Positions 10,887 to 25,182 of a stretch of 48,989 nt of DNA are shown here, one piece after another. The DNA lies in NCBI GenBank assembly GCA_016748015.1, contig JAAOMT010000284.1:1-48989 (forward strand), read 5' to 3'. Each line of letters opens with the position of its first letter. Position 1 is the first letter of the stretch. A model generated the notes under the pieces. The model worked only from the letters and a program-made list of their open reading frames with translations, did not search any database and was not told the DNA's origin. This DNA is from Geosiphon pyriformis uo1. Its lineage: Eukaryota; Fungi; Glomeromycota. Both the position numbers and the translations under genes were made by a program.

Positions 10887-11875
10887 TGTTACTAGAGGTT
10901 TTTGGTCTCTTTTCTTAATTGTTGTTGATGTCTGTTTGCTGTGGATTCACGTTTTCTGGATGTGGTTGAACCTCCAGTAACTGAATTTATTTTCAAATTA
11001 TCTTCTATAATTTGAACTGTTGGGCTTATAAGTGGAATGGCCAATTCCATGCCAGTTACTTTGTATAGTTACTTTGCAGTAAACGTCAACTCTTTCCCAG
11101 GAATTGCTCGTCTGGAAGCTCATTAAAAAATATATAGTTACTTTGCTGTGAAAGTCAACTCTTCTACAGGAATTCTCATCTGTAGGCTACCCAAATGATT
11201 TATAATAAGAAAAAAAAGAGAATAAAAGAAATGTAAAAGAAAAAGTAAAACTGATGATTTATGGAAGTCATTTCGGATCCAGGCCTGGAAGTGTTTTAAC
11301 AGTCTACTGAAATTGGTAGCTAATCAATTTCAAACTGTTAGTAAGAATTGGTTAATTTCAAGGGAAATAATTAAGAATTTGGCTTTTTAAATTATTTAAT
11401 ATTTATTTGTCTTTTGGGTGTAGAGGATTATTCTAATTGTTTTTAAATCTGAAGTAAGATACATTTTCTTAAAGAAAGAAGCTCTTCTTTTATACAACTT
11501 GTTGTAACACTATTCTATGAACTTGAACTTTGCTATTTTCTATAATTTCGCTAAACTAAAGATACATTTTGGCGAACTACAAGTTATTTCTGTGAACTAT
11601 TAGATATTTCGGTAAACTATCAATTATTTCAGTGAATTTCTACAAATTTTGGTGAACTTTTTGAATGTTACATAGTTCGGGGTATTGCATGATTGATTAT
11701 CGCAATTAGGTTATATTTGTGTCATATACAAATTGGGTTATTAATTAAATGATAATTTCAGACATTTTGCTAATGTAATAAGTGATAATTTGAAATGATA
11801 ATATATGTTAATTAATGATGGAAATTATAACAATAATTTCATGCTAAATAATATCTCTAATTTCGTCTGGTAACA
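10887..11875 (-). repeat. 5' LTR of element B (989 bp)
   Basis: TGTTAC...GGTAACA termini; homologous to the A and D LTRs. Confidence 0.9.
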
Positions 11876-13236
11876 ACAGCCTACACAACTTATTACTTTG
11901 ATCAAGCTTATTTTGAAGACAACTTAAAAAGAAAAAACAACAGTATTAATCAGCTTTTATACTCCACAATCTTTGAACAACAGCCCTTTAATTTTGAATA
12001 TCTGAATCATCAAATTCACACTTGGATTGCTGCTCATCAAGCAACTGAAACTCCCTTTGAAACAGAAGAAAAAAGCTACTAAACTGCTTCTGTTATTGAT
12101 CTTTTATCAAATAAATCAAATTCATCTATACAAACAGTTACTCCTGAACCAATGATTATTAACTCTATACAACAAAACATCCTAATTGCCCTCTAAGGCA
12201 TACAAACTGCTTTAGGGTAAAGAAACAATACCCCACTACCATTATTTAGAGATGATGCACAAGATTTAATTGAATGATTGGATGACTTTGAAAGAGCTGC
12301 CACAGCCAACCAATATGATAATAAATACAAATTTCAAATCATTGGTGACTACCTCTAAGGCTCTCCTGCCACTTGGTTCTTACAAAAAACTGATGCTGGT
12401 GCTTACCAAAAAATTATTAAATAGGCACCAACAAATGCTAAAAAAGAAAACACTTCTTTCACAACCCAGTTTAAAACTAAATTTAGAACTTTTATCTTAA
12501 TATTTAAATGGCATATGGAATTAAAAAAAAGAACCCAAGGCTTTAGTGAAGTTGTAACTGAGTATGCCAAAGCAATCAAAAAATTAATCAAGTGAGTAGA
12601 TTCTAGAAGAAATTAAACAAAAGAGCAAAAGATTTATTCTTTTACAAAAAAATTAAAAACTGATCTTTTCTATGCTTTTTGGCCCCTTTTGGCACTAAAA
12701 GACAATTCCACAATAGATATGGCCATTGAACTTGCCCAGAAATAGAAGACAATCAAAAAATGTACCTAAAATCCACATTTTCAGTTTTTGCTCTTGCTCC
12801 TGTTATGGCTCCTGCTTCCCAAATGGCTGCTATCTCTTTTGCTGTTTAAACTCCAGATCCCAATGAACAATTAATAGATAGATTCACAGCCAATCTTGCC
12901 TGGTTATTAGAACCTTTAACTCAAGCAGTCAAAGTAAATTAACAAACTCAAAGATCCAGATTTGAACCTTGTTTTAATCAGTCTCAGCAACCCCCTTATC
13001 AAAGACAACAGAATCATGGCCCACCTGTATGTTATTGCTGTAGATTAACTGGACATTTCTCCAGAGATTGCAACAATTCTCCTCCACTTCCTCCAGCTTT
13101 TAGAAACAATAACAATCAAAATAACAAAACCATCAACAACAATGTCCTTAACCAAAGACTCAATCATGCCAACATCAATTTCTTTGAAGAGAATCTCTTA
13201 GTTGAAGCCACTGTTTATCAGTTTTTAAACTGGTAG
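11876..13236 (+). pseudogene. gag: gag of X (5' part displaced by B)
   Basis: Capsid-like motifs (LDDFERAATANQY, GSPATW), knuckle CYCCRLTGHFSRDC at 13030-13071, stop TAG at 13234. Confidence 0.85.
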
Positions 13237-15906
13237 GTGTATTTCTAAAGGATGAGAGTACAAGCCAACCAGAAGAAAACTTCTTTTATGCTTTTAACTT
13301 AACTAATAATAATCATGATATGGAAGAACTAGCAATCAACACTTCTGAATTAACAAGAAAGAAGAAGAAAGCCAAGGTTGATTTTATTATAGATCCAAAG
13401 AAAGCCTCCATATTAACTGCTGATAACAATAAACTCCCAAAGACTAAAGTTTTTAAAAATCTTCCAAAGTTAGAACCCCCAAAAATAGTACAAAAATTTG
13501 GCCTCTATTCTGTTGTTAAAGATCTCATGGAAACCCCAATACACATTACATTTGGCCAACTAATGACCCATCTACAGTTCAGAAAAAATTTTCACAAATT
13601 ATTAATACCAAAGAAAAAAACACCAAAGACCAACAAACAACCTCACCAAGCTGAATTCGCTGATAACAGCAATGTTACCTCTTTGATTTGTAAAGCTCAA
13701 GTGGCTGGTTACTTCATTGATCTGATCATAACAGTGGATTATCTGTTAGTGTAATTGCCAAATACTTTCTTGAAGCAATTGGCAGAAAAATTGATGAGCT
13801 TTCCACTCAACCAATAACCAATGTACATAGTAACAAGAAGAAAGGCCTGAGCATAGCAAAAGCTATTTCTGTTTACATCAATGGTATCAGCATTGAAACT
13901 GATATGGAAGTATCTGAAGTAAAAGAGTATACCATAATTGTTGGCAATGAGTGACTTAAGAAAGTTAAAGCACTACTTGATTATGAACTTTGTGAACTAA
14001 CCATCAGATGTAGTGAAAAACCCATTGTGGTTAAATGTCACTATTGAACAACTCCTCTAATACCCAAGCAAAACCAAGAAGAAGAACAATCAGATAAATC
14101 AAATGATGATAAGAGTGATAAAAAAAAAGACCAAAAAGAACAAAAAGAAACTGCTGAACTTGTCTATATTATTTTCACCAGCAATGGCAAGCCACTAAAC
14201 AATGTTAAAGCTAACAAAGAAAGAATCATGGTAAATGGCAAGCTGATCTGCTGGCCCTACTATGATATCCTCAGAAAAACTTTTGATAGAAAACCTGGCA
14301 AAAAAGCAAAATACAGTTATTAGTGGCATGGTCCTTGTGCCAGATGCTGGTGCAATAAACCTTTGTATTCCCCTAGTGATGAATGCAAGTCCTGCCTAAT
14401 CTATTACAAAGATTGGGAGCCAATTAAATTAATACCCTGAGAAGAACTAAAAAAAGTACAGAAGTTCTTTGAGAGTGAATCACCTGAAATTTAATCATTA
14501 GTTGTAGAACAAAAAGAACTTTTCCCTGAAAAAAGAAAAATGGATATTGAAAATCAGTTGGTTAGGAATAGCCCAGTTATTTCAAAAGAAGGTAATACCC
14601 CTGAATGAACTCATGTGATACAACACACTATCACCACAAAAGAAACTTGTCTCATCTATTTGAAGCCTTATCAATCCAATTAACACAATGATAAGTTTAA
14701 AAAAAAAGATATAAACCAGATAAAAGATCTTGGATTCATACAAGAAACCAAAAGTGAATGGGCTTTTCCAGTTGTAGTGGTATCCAAGAAAAGTGGAACT
14801 CTATGCTTCTATGTTGACTATTGTCAATTAAATGCCATCATTATAAGAGACATATACCCACTTCCCAAAATTGATGCAATGCTAGATAAATTCAACGATG
14901 CTGCTTTCTTTTCAACCATTGACTTAACTGCTAAATTCTGGCAAGTAGAGATGGATCCAGAAAGCAAAAAAAAACTGCTTTTACTATCAAGTATGGTATC
15001 TATAAATTCACAGTCATGCTTTTTGGTCTCATCAATGTCTCTTCCACCTTTTAATGCCTAATGGATAAAGTATTTGAATCAGTAAAAAAAACTTTGTTTG
15101 GTCTACTTAGATGACATAATGGTCTACTCAAAAACCTGGGATGAACATCTTGAATATTTACAAAAGGTTTTTGACCTGTTCAGAAATGCTGGCCTTAAGA
15201 TCAACCCAATCAAATTTTTCTTTGAATGTCAATCCACCCAGTTTTTTGGCCATCTTATTACAAAAGATAGAATCTTCTTTAACCTAGCTAAAGTTAAAAA
15301 AGTTCAAAACATTAAACAACCAATGAATGTTCTTGAACTATGCTCTTTTCTTGGTTTGGTCTCTTACTATTGCAAATTTATCAAGGATTTTTCCAAAATC
15401 GTCTTTCTTCTCAATCAGCTATTCAGGGAAAATGTCAATTATTACTGAGATACTCATCAACAAAAAGCTTTTGAAATTCTGAAAGAAAAACTTGTTACTA
15501 AACCAATTTTTAAGCAACCTAATCTGAACTAACTTTTTATCTTCCATATTGATGCATCTGACTATGAACTTGGTGCTGTTCTTTTACAGAAAAATGAAAA
15601 TAGCAGAAAACATGCCATAGTATATGCCAGTAGATTTCTCATACCAGCAGAAAAGAACTATTCAATTACTGAACAAGAATATTTAGTAGTAGTTTGGGCT
15701 ATTAATTACTAAGATCAATATTTTTTTGGTGCAAAATTCTTAATAGTAATAGATCATCAAGCCTTGGTTTGGCTGCACAATAAAAAAAAGCTGGAACACA
15801 AATAAATAACTTGCTAAATACTCTATCTGGATGAATTTGACTATGATATTTAATACTGTAAAGGAGCAAATCATCAAAACGCTGATGCTTTCTCTAGACT
15901 TACCAT
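13224..15906 (+). pseudogene. pol: pol of X (PR, RT, RNase H) in the -1 frame relative to gag
   Basis: Degenerate protease near 13720 (LII[D]SGLSVSVI), RT motifs (LCFYVDYCQLN, YPLPKID, VYLDDIMVYS) and RH motifs (DASDYELGAV, NADAFSRL). Confidence 0.88.
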
Positions 15907-16771
15907 TGTTACTCATAAAAAGAAAACAGATATAAAAAACAGCAGACCAATAAGAGAATAGTATTTAGCACATGAGCACATTGCTTAGCAATGTGGAGCA
16001 ATATCAGAAATTATAACACATTGCTCAGCAATATAGAGCAATGTCAGAAAACATGGCACATTGTTCAGCAATATGGAGTGATGTTAAAAAATTAGAGCAC
16101 ATTACTCAGCAATGTGAGCATTGCTTAAAAAATCATAGCACATCACTCAAAAATGTGAGCAATCTCATAGAACATTAATTATGTATATATAGCAGTAGCT
16201 TTAGAAGTAGAAAAAGCAGAATTTTTTAGTTAAAAATCTCTCATTCACAAATATTGAATAAATAAATTATTTACCATCCAAATCCACTCTTCACTATCAA
16301 CACTCCATGTTGATAGCAATTAATATTTAACTACACTGAAACAATAGCTCTTGATTATGGCTATTGATGGATACTAACTTGCACATTGCCTTGGCTTATT
16401 TCTTTATATCATTTCTTTTATTTTCTTGTCTTAATTGTTGTTATTACTAACTTTATTAAGAATTAACACATGGGATACTGACATCAGAATATAGCACTGG
16501 TAAAAGACCCAGAAATAAGAGTAGGACACTTGATTGAAGTTAGCTTACCAAAAAAAACACTGGCCATTACACTGAGAAAAAAATTGACAAAACTGCAGTT
16601 TCAGGAAGTTACAGATAAAACTATTACCACTGAATCTCTGTCCATTATACAAAAGACTCAACCAAAACCTTCAGATAAACACACTTTCAGATTGCCATCA
16701 TCGACAATAGTCTTGAGCACCAAGTTATGGGTTTGTTATTTACTCCAACAATCAAGTAAACACCTGTAACA
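15907..16771 (+). repeat. 5' LTR of C (865 bp)
   Basis: TGTTAC...GTAACA; direct repeat of 25183-26086. Confidence 0.93.
15978..16165. repeat. ~40-bp tandem array in U3 of the C 5' LTR (5 units)
   Basis: Consensus CACATTGCTCAGCAATGTGGAGCAATGTCAGAAAACATGG. Confidence 0.85.
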
Positions 16772-16773
16772 TT

Positions 16774-16790
16774 TAGTGCTCTCTGTAAGA
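16774..16790 (+). promoter_or_regulatory. Degenerate PBS of C (T[A]GTGCTCTCTGTAAGA)
   Basis: Starts 2 nt after the LTR; TGG has become TAG by a G>A change. Confidence 0.7.
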
Positions 16791-16831
16791 TATAATTTTA
16801 CAGAGAACCAGCACCAACAAATAAATCAACA

Positions 16832-19800
16832 GTGGCAGAATCAAAAAGTATAAGAGCAAACCATTTAGGATTTGTAAAATTCTTATTTCAACACTACTGT
16901 CAACACTTGAGATTGAACTACAATCAGATATTAGCAGAATCAGCCTTCAATTTCTATGTCAACAAAAGAATTGCCTATTTGTTAGGAACACCAATAAACA
17001 TTGAATCAGCAAGAGAAACTTTTTACCACAAATTAATCCAAAACACCAGTTTACCAACAAATTATAACTTCACATCCATCATCACTGAGATTAATAAGGA
17101 AATTGAACATCACACACAACAAAGGTATCCAATCACTTATGCAAGTAAAGGCAAAGAAAAATTACAAACACTGGCAGTAACACCTCAACGGATCCAACCA
17201 CCCACTTGGAAGAAACACAGAATTAAATCATCTACAAATCCATCATATTATTATACTCCTGGAAGCACCATCAATATTGCATCAGCAAATGTGTCTACAT
17301 TAAACATAACATCAACATTTGGACAATTTCCATTCCAAAGTAAACAAAGAAAAGAAAATCTATTAGGACCATATAGCACATACTTCAAGGAATTTAAATT
17401 GAGATCACCAACACCATCAGGAGTTTGATCACCACCACTCCAACCAGATTTCGGAATTACTGATCCATGGGAACCAACTGAATCAGAAAAAAAACAAGAA
17501 GAAGAAAAGGAAGAAGAATCTGAAGATCAAGAATTTACTTACCAGAACCTGATTACTGAGAACCTGGATATTGAGACCACAAATTTTTAGACTCAACAAG
17601 ATCAAAATCTAGAAAATCCAGAAATCAAAACTCCACCAAATCAGAATGACTGAAATCCTGACTTAATTAATTAACACAATTTACCTCCAAATATTGTCAT
17701 CAATTAGCTACCAATTGAACCAATTATTAAACCGATTTAATAACAGCAAATACTCCTTCAACAGCCACCACTATAGCAACTGGTTTAGCAACTGCAATAA
17801 CAGCTTCAACCATCAATACAACAATAGCAATTGATCGTGCCAATGGCTTTTGCACCAATCACAAAACTTGAGAAGTTCACTGGCAAAAAGAATGACACCC
17901 AGGCATGAATCAATAACATTGCCAAAGCCATTACTACAAATAATTGGAATAACACAAAAACTATACAAGTTATTCCATATTTCTTAAAGAATATTACCAA
18001 CTCATGATATCATAGCTTGGTCCAGAAACCCCAAAATTTTAATGCATTTAAAACAGAATTTCTAAAATATTTTAGTAATAATAACAGCATCAACCACCTG
18101 ACAAGTACTTTTACCACCCTAAAACAAGGGGACACAGAAGCAGTCACCACCTACTTAGGACACTTCCACAGAAATCTGCACCAAATCCAAGCTATCTAAG
18201 CTGATTACTTTACAGCACCACAAATCTTAAATCAGTTTATTAGAGGCTTACATAGCAGCATTCTCCAATGAGTATGTCCAATGCATCTAGTAGACCTTCT
18301 TACCACAGTCACTTATGCTAGAGATTTTGAAGCTGCTGAATTAGAAGCCAACCATGCCCAAGCTGTGAATTTAGTAATGAATGGATCATCTGACTTGGAT
18401 TCTAAACTGAACCAATTTAGTGATTCCATTAATCAAAAATTAAAGAAATACTTAGCTGACAATCACCCAATTTATCAGTCTCCTCAATGATGTAATAATT
18501 AGGAAAATGTAAATCATTTCCAAAATCAGTCGTGTCCATCATTATCAACAAATTAACTGTTGCAACAAAAAACATGAATTTGCCATAACTGTGATAAACA
18601 AAATCACTTTAGAGCCAATTGCTGTACTTATAGTAACTCATGATTAGGAAATCAATATCGGAATCCTGATCGCTGGTTTCTAACTCCGAATTATTACTTG
18701 AATCAAAATCAATATCAATTTATTTATCTGCTAATAACGCCACTGCCAATCTATCAAACACTGGTATATCAACCTCAAATATATCAATCGCAGCCACCCA
18801 TAATATATCAACTGCAGTCATAAATAGTCTATCAACCACAACAAACAATTCAAACACCACTACAAAACCCAGCTACGATAACATCTGGAAACCCCAGATC
18901 CAGAGTAATCCAAAACTGGAGATCGGCAATGGTGGTTTACCAACTGATCCCCAGTTCAACAAATCAACCATCAGGATTATGCCAGCAAAGTTTAAAAACT
19001 GGGTATAACCAAAATCTGAATTCTCAGAACTATTTAAGTCTTCTAGTTACCCCAGAAGATATGGCATCTAGCAAACAGAAAACCAATCAGAAGCCACTTA
19101 TCCACAACATTCTACCAGCCACCAGCACCAAAGATGAATCACTTGCTACCATATTCCCATTTAAACTTGAGGAAATTATGTCAGTTCTATTGTTCAGTAG
19201 AGCTGCTCTGGACATCAAACCAATAACCACAATATATACTGATGCCAAAGTCAATGGTCAGTATATCAAACTGATCCTGAATAGTAGATCAGCTGACAGC
19301 ATCATCACCAAACAACTCATGAATCAATTAGGTCACCGAGTTGACTGAGCTGCCAGCGCAAGGATCATTACAGCTGATAGAGCAACCAAAACTCCTATTG
19401 ACAAGATTGACGACTTCTCTTTTGAAGTCAATGGCATCATAATTCCTATCAAAGTTTTGGTAATGGAAGCCACTCAATACCAAGCACTAGTTGGTAATAA
19501 CTGGCTCACTAAAACAAACACCATACTGAATTGGACAATGCAAAAGCTTCAACTTAGCCAAAATAGTCAACATACACATGTACTAGTCACATGCAGCCAC
19601 TTCAAGACCATTAACACATCAGCACCACTCATTGAGTTTGAGAAAGAAGAGAAAAAACCTACCTAAGAAGCCTATCAAGTCTTGTGGACTGATGACAATC
19701 ATAATGAACTGTTGCCAATACTCTCATGGGATAACAACACCAAAGGAAAGCAAAGAGAGAAACTTACCTGGGAAACTGATAACCTGAACTAGACCAACAA

Positions 19801-22800
19801 TGATGAGAGTGAACCAACACCAAGCTGGAAATGAGAAAAGAACAGCAAAGGAAAAGGAAAAGCAAAGAAAAAAAAGTTACTATCAACTGACAATTATACT
19901 CCTCATAAATATACACTACTACAACTCTCTAACTATCATTGACCAAAGCTTATATGCGTCGATTGTGATAAGAAATTGTCATCAATGGGTGCATGCTGTG
20001 GTGACAATGAAGAATATTCAACAGCAACCAAATTTTACTGCCAAATGTGTATTCTAAAATGTTTTGAACAACCAAAACGAGTGGAAAAATGGGATAATAC
20101 CCCATGTTTAGCTTGTGGAGAGACCCTTCTGGATGAAGGAATGTGAAACAACATTTCTGGGCATAGAGGAACGTGTAATAAAACCTGTCAGTATATGATC
20201 CTAATCAATGACTGGGTATGTAAGAGAACACCAATCAATGATGCCTGGAAACAAGCATTGCGACAATTAGAAGGATATCCACATAATAAGCATGAACTCT
20301 GGAGAATGGCAAATGCAAAAGCAGAAGGTGCAACAATCAATAAACTACTGGAAATAAAGAACAACTCTTTGTTGCTACCTGAACCTGAGTATGTCCAAAT
20401 ATTTGATGTCTTTGGCAACATTGAGGATGATCCCGAGAAATTCCATAAGCACTACTAGAGATTAGCACTGACAAAAGAGGAACAGAAGCAGCAGCTAGCA
20501 TAGCTAAACACTCAACTATGTGACTACTGTTTAATTCTATGTGACTTCCAATATTGTAATGAGTGTAATCTTATTTACAACCCACCAATCCGCATGATCT
20601 ACACGATCTCAGAAGAAAAAGAACCAATTAACAGCTGCACATCAAAATCGGAATCAATTTTCAATCCCAATTCAAACTCTGACAACAACAATAATGAAAA
20701 CACCGGTTCCAGCTCCATTCAATATGGCAACGAAGATAACAGTGATTTGGATTCAGATCCAAACTCTAAAACATTTATAGCACTTCCTGATCTTACCAAG
20801 GAGCAAGAGCTAAAGTGGTTCAACAACAATAATGAAGGTATCATGTCAGAGCATGTGCATGATACTAATGTAGGGTTTGATCTGAGATATCCTGGAAAAG
20901 ATGTCATCAAATTAGAATCACATTTGCACACTTGTATTGATCTGAAAATAGCACTGAAAATTCTAGTAATCACAATAATTCAACTAGCATCTAGGAGTAG
21001 TCTAGCAAAAAGAAAAATCAACATCAGAGGAGAAATAATTGACACAGGATATGTGGAAAATATTATTGCTATGCTATAAAACAATTCAGAAAAGACCTAT
21101 ATAATAGAGCCAAATGAAAAAATAGCACAGGCAATATTTCTGTCTCTGGTTAAAATAGCTCAGTTAGTGTCAGTAGAAAACAGAGAAGAATTAGAGATCA
21201 CAGCTAGAGGGATACAGGGATTTGAATCAACAGATAGAGTAGATATACCAGTTAATATGGTAAAAGAAGAGATTATTGACAAGGGAGAAATTATCTCTAC
21301 CAGTCAACCAATTTCTATTCCACCATATAACCAGTATATAGTAGTCATAAAAAAGAAAGTGAAGAATCAGAACCAGATTTTTGAAGCAGAAGTAGCACAT
21401 TGTGAATCAAGAGAAATTGGACTCATCAATCTCTATATACCAGCCAAAAACTATAACTGCATCAAAATTCCTATTTACAACAATATTGGAAAGATTATAG
21501 AGATATCAGAAGGAACCATCATAGGACATTTAACTACTAAAATAGAGGACCAACTACCAAACCCTATTCCAGACTTTCCACAGCTTTGTAGATATATTGA
21601 CATCATATCACAAACAATATATAGATGAAATAAATGTTATTTGCTCCAACCAGAACAATTGGAACAAATAAACATGGGGAATTTAAACTCACTCCAATGC
21701 ATGCAGCTGAAGATGTTGCTCAACAAGTTCAATGACATTTTCACCAGCGAAAATGAATTCAGCAGAACTGACATTATCCAGCACCAGATTAAAACTGGAG
21801 ATGCTATGTCAATAAAACAACAAGTATACAGAGTACCATCCGCCAGCCATAAGATCATTTGTTAAAAAATCAACTGGATGCTCAACAATGGGTTAATTTA
21901 GCCATCAATAAGCCTATGGTTATCGGAAAAAAAATGGGAAAATCCACTTTTGTATAGACTACAAAAAGCTTAATAGAGTCATGTATGGAGACAGCTATCC
22001 AACTCCATGAATTCAGGAATTATTCAATGCTTTTGGTGGAAACAAATGGTTCTCAACATTGAATTTAGATAGTGGTTACTGACAAGTAGCCATGAATCCA
22101 GTGGACAAAGAAAAAACTGTATTTACAATACAGGAGTAAAATTTTGAATTTGAAGTGATGTCATTCAGCTTAACAAATGCTCCAGCCACATTCCAGCAGC
22201 TAATGAAAATAGTATATACTGGCTTATTGTGGAAATCAATAGTCATTTATTTAGATAATACCAATGTATTCTCCAAAACATTCAATGATCATTTATATCA
22301 TCTACAACAAGTGTTCAAAAAACTACAACAAGCAGGGCTAAAGTTAAACACCAATAAGTGCTTCTTTGGCAAGACAGAATTAAACTTTTTAGGGCACATA
22401 GTAAGCAAAGACAGCATCAAAATGAATCCAGAAAAGATAGAGATAGTCAAAAACTTTTCAGTACCAACCAATATAATAGAGTTAAAATTATTCTTGAGAT
22501 TTGCAGGCTATTATTGATGCTTCATCAAAAACTTTTTCAAGATAACTCAACCACTCAATCATCTCCAAACCAAAAATGTAAAATATAAATGGACAGAAGC
22601 ACAACAAGAAGCTTTTGATATTCTGAGAAGAAAGCTTATACAAGCTTCAGTACTGATCTATCCAGATTACAACAAACTATTCATCATTACTACTAATGCA
22701 TCAGGCCAAACATTGGAAGCAGTATTATTACAGAAAGAACCAGATGGAAAAGAACATTCAGTCACATATGCCAGCCGAGGTTTAACTCCAGCTAAAAGAA

Positions 22801-23037
22801 ATTATAGAACACTTAGCAATTTATTGGGCAGTTATGAAATGGAGTGAATACTTGAGCCAGAAGTTTGATGTATACACAGACCACAAAGGATTAACAGCAC
22901 TTCATAAACAGGAATTTGGAAATAGAAGACAATCAAAATAGAAAATGGCACTATTACCATATACTTACACTATACATTATAAAAAGGGAAAAGACAATGG
23001 AAATGCTGACAGTTTGTTGTGAATAAGACAAATCTAA
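16832..23037 (+). pseudogene. gag-pol: gag-pol of C (extension, CA, knuckle, PR, Cys-rich, dUTPase, RT, RNase H)
   Basis: GTG at 16832; capsid from ATG 17843 (MAFAPITKLEKFTG); CHNCDKQNHFRANC; PR LILNSRS; dUTPase VGFDL/QLASRSSLA/IIDTGY/EKIAQAI/RGIQGFEST (~20870-21230); RT YLDNT; ends NADSLL*IRQI*. Confidence 0.9.
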
Positions 23038-23098
23038 AAACATCTCAACATAAAAATATAACAAAACCAGAACAAACCCAACAAAAATATAACAAAAG

Positions 23099-24479
23099 AT
23101 GAACATACAAAAATATCAACAACTACAACATTATATAAATACTCAACAGTTCAAGGAAAAATTATCTCAAAATAAGTGAAATAATATCAAACAACAATCA
23201 AAATATTTTATTAATTATAAAAATATACTTTACTAGAAAAACAGAAGAAATTCAGATCAACTAATAAGAGTCATCACAGAATTAGAGAAAGAGACAATAT
23301 TATTCAACATGTATTTAGATCTAACAGCAGGACATTTTTATAAAGAAGCAACCATGAAAAGAACCAGAAAAAGATACTATTGGCCATTAATGTATCCAGA
23401 TATCATTCAATATGTTTAGAATTGTAATGCTTGTTAGAGAAGAGATGGAACAAAACCCAGTGAACCATTAAGACCAATCAAAGTAGGACAACCATTCAAC
23501 CGTATTGGAATTGACTTAGTCGGACTATTAACAATCACTAGCAGAGGCAACAGATACATTGCAGTAATCATAAACTATCTTACAAAATGGCCAGAAGCAA
23601 AAGCCATTTAAAGAGCAGATGTAGAATTCATTGCCAAATTCGTCATCAAGATTTAATTTGTCGACATAGATGTCCAAAAAAACTATTATCAGATTAGAGA
23701 ACTCACTTTGTAAACAGAACATTAGCAAAATTAAGCCAAAGATTTGGAATAAAAAGACTATTATCATCACTATATCATCCACAAATAAATGGCTTAGTTG
23801 AAAGATTTAATAGAACACTGTGTGAAACAATTGCCAAAATCAGCCAAAAAAATCAGGATGAATGGGATTTGTTTATACCATCAGTATTATTTGCTTATCA
23901 GACAATGAAGCAAGATACCACACAAACAATACTATTTGAATTGGTATACAGTAGAACAGCAACATTACAGTTGAGATAGAGATCAATACATATCTAGCTG
24001 AACCAATAACAGAAGATAATTTCCAAGAAACATTGTTGAAAAGAACATATAACTTAATGGAAACACTAGAAAACAAATAATGGAAAGCAGCTGATAATAT
24101 CCAAAAGGCACAAGAAAAGCAAAAAAAACAACATGATAACCAACTAACAAATAAACCAATGGAATTCAAGATTAGAAACAAAGTACTATTACATCGTACC
24201 AAAGCAGAAAAACAATGGAGTGGAAAATTTGACCCCAAATGGGACAAACCATTTCACATAGAAGAAATTCTAGGAAATAGAGCTTATAAATTAAGATGAG
24301 ACAACAAAATCTTAGCCAAAGCAGCATATGGTGATCAACTAAAACCATATTACCAAATAGCATCATCATCTACCAATACTATTCCACAGTTGGGAGTACA
24401 AAGAATAATAGTTCAACCAGATAAGATTCCACGAGATCTGGAACCAATCATAGTTATTGAACTAAACACATTGAATTGA
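23099..24479 (+). pseudogene. Integrase of C (separate ORF)
   Basis: ATG at 23099 (MNIQKYQQLQHYINTQ), RIGIDLVGL, YLTKWPEA, YHPQINGLVERFN, KFDPKWD, LEPIIVIE. Confidence 0.88.
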
Positions 24480-24510
24480 ACAACCAAAAGAGTATATAAA
24501 GACACAGTAC

Positions 24511-25168
24511 ATGCGACAAAAGCAACCAAGAAAAATGGAAATACCAGATTACATTCACACCATAACTCAACAACTGTCCCAAACACTAAGTCAACAACAG
24601 TTAGACATAGAAATTGTCATCAACAACCAAACAATTTGCTATCAAAACAAAAAAAAAAGACAAAGAATATACCATATTAGCAGCTACCAAAGAATAATAA
24701 AAACTGAACAGATAACTTAATAGAAAAAGTGAAGAACACTTTTGGGAAAATACCTATTATGGCATTAACAGAAGAGCTTACAAAAGAAAATTGGAAACAA
24801 TAAATAGAACAACTTCCAATATTATATTGCTACTACCAATTAAGTCGAAAGTTGAATATTCAGGAGTTGTATATTAACAAATCCAAGAAAATATTCAACC
24901 AAGACATGATACAACAAATTGAAGAATTTATTGGAAAGAAAACTAATTCAACACTACATGTTAAAACAATGTACTAACTACACAACATATTTTAGAACTA
25001 TCCAGAAATACTGTTACACTCTGACATGGAAACCATAACCATTAACCAATGGGGAAGAATAAACAATACACAAGTAAAAGACGTAAAAAACAGAGTCAAA
25101 CAAACAATACTTGAAAAAGAAATATTAGAATTAATTCAAAACAAAAATTTTGATAGAGCTCAATATTA
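24511..25168 (+). pseudogene. ORF3 of C (unknown function; between IN and PPT)
   Basis: MEIPDYIHTITQQL...IEIVINNQTI...LYCYYQLSRKL...NFDRAQY* with internal stops; aligns by eye with ORF3 of D. Confidence 0.7.
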
Positions 25169-25182
25169 AAAAGAGGAGATAA
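25167..25182 (+). promoter_or_regulatory. Polypurine tract of C
   Basis: AAAAAGAGGAGATAA immediately precedes the 3' LTR. Confidence 0.8.

Larger units (their letters stand above)
3702..11875 (-). mobile_element. Ty3/Gypsy element B (dUTPase-bearing, degraded; 3' end displaced by A), inserted in the gag of X
   Basis: Order is LTR, PBS, gag, PR (LILDSGS), Cys-rich domain, dUTPase, RT (YLDD), RH, IN. The right flank at 11876 resumes X gag, matching X2 at ~48373. Confidence 0.93.

Noticed and set aside
2733-11875. A and B as tandem elements sharing one LTR
   Set aside because: B lacks ORF3 and a PPT next to 3701, and the two LTRs differ substantially, so A is an insertion into B.
15978-16165. 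Palindromic 40-bp repeats resembling a CRISPR array
   Set aside because: There are no unique spacers and no cas genes. The array lies in U3 and is duplicated in the other LTR.
16530-16769. LTR-internal ORFs repeated at 25845-26066, plus 25267-25548
   Set aside because: They recur only because LTRs and tandem units are duplicated; there is no independent coding evidence.
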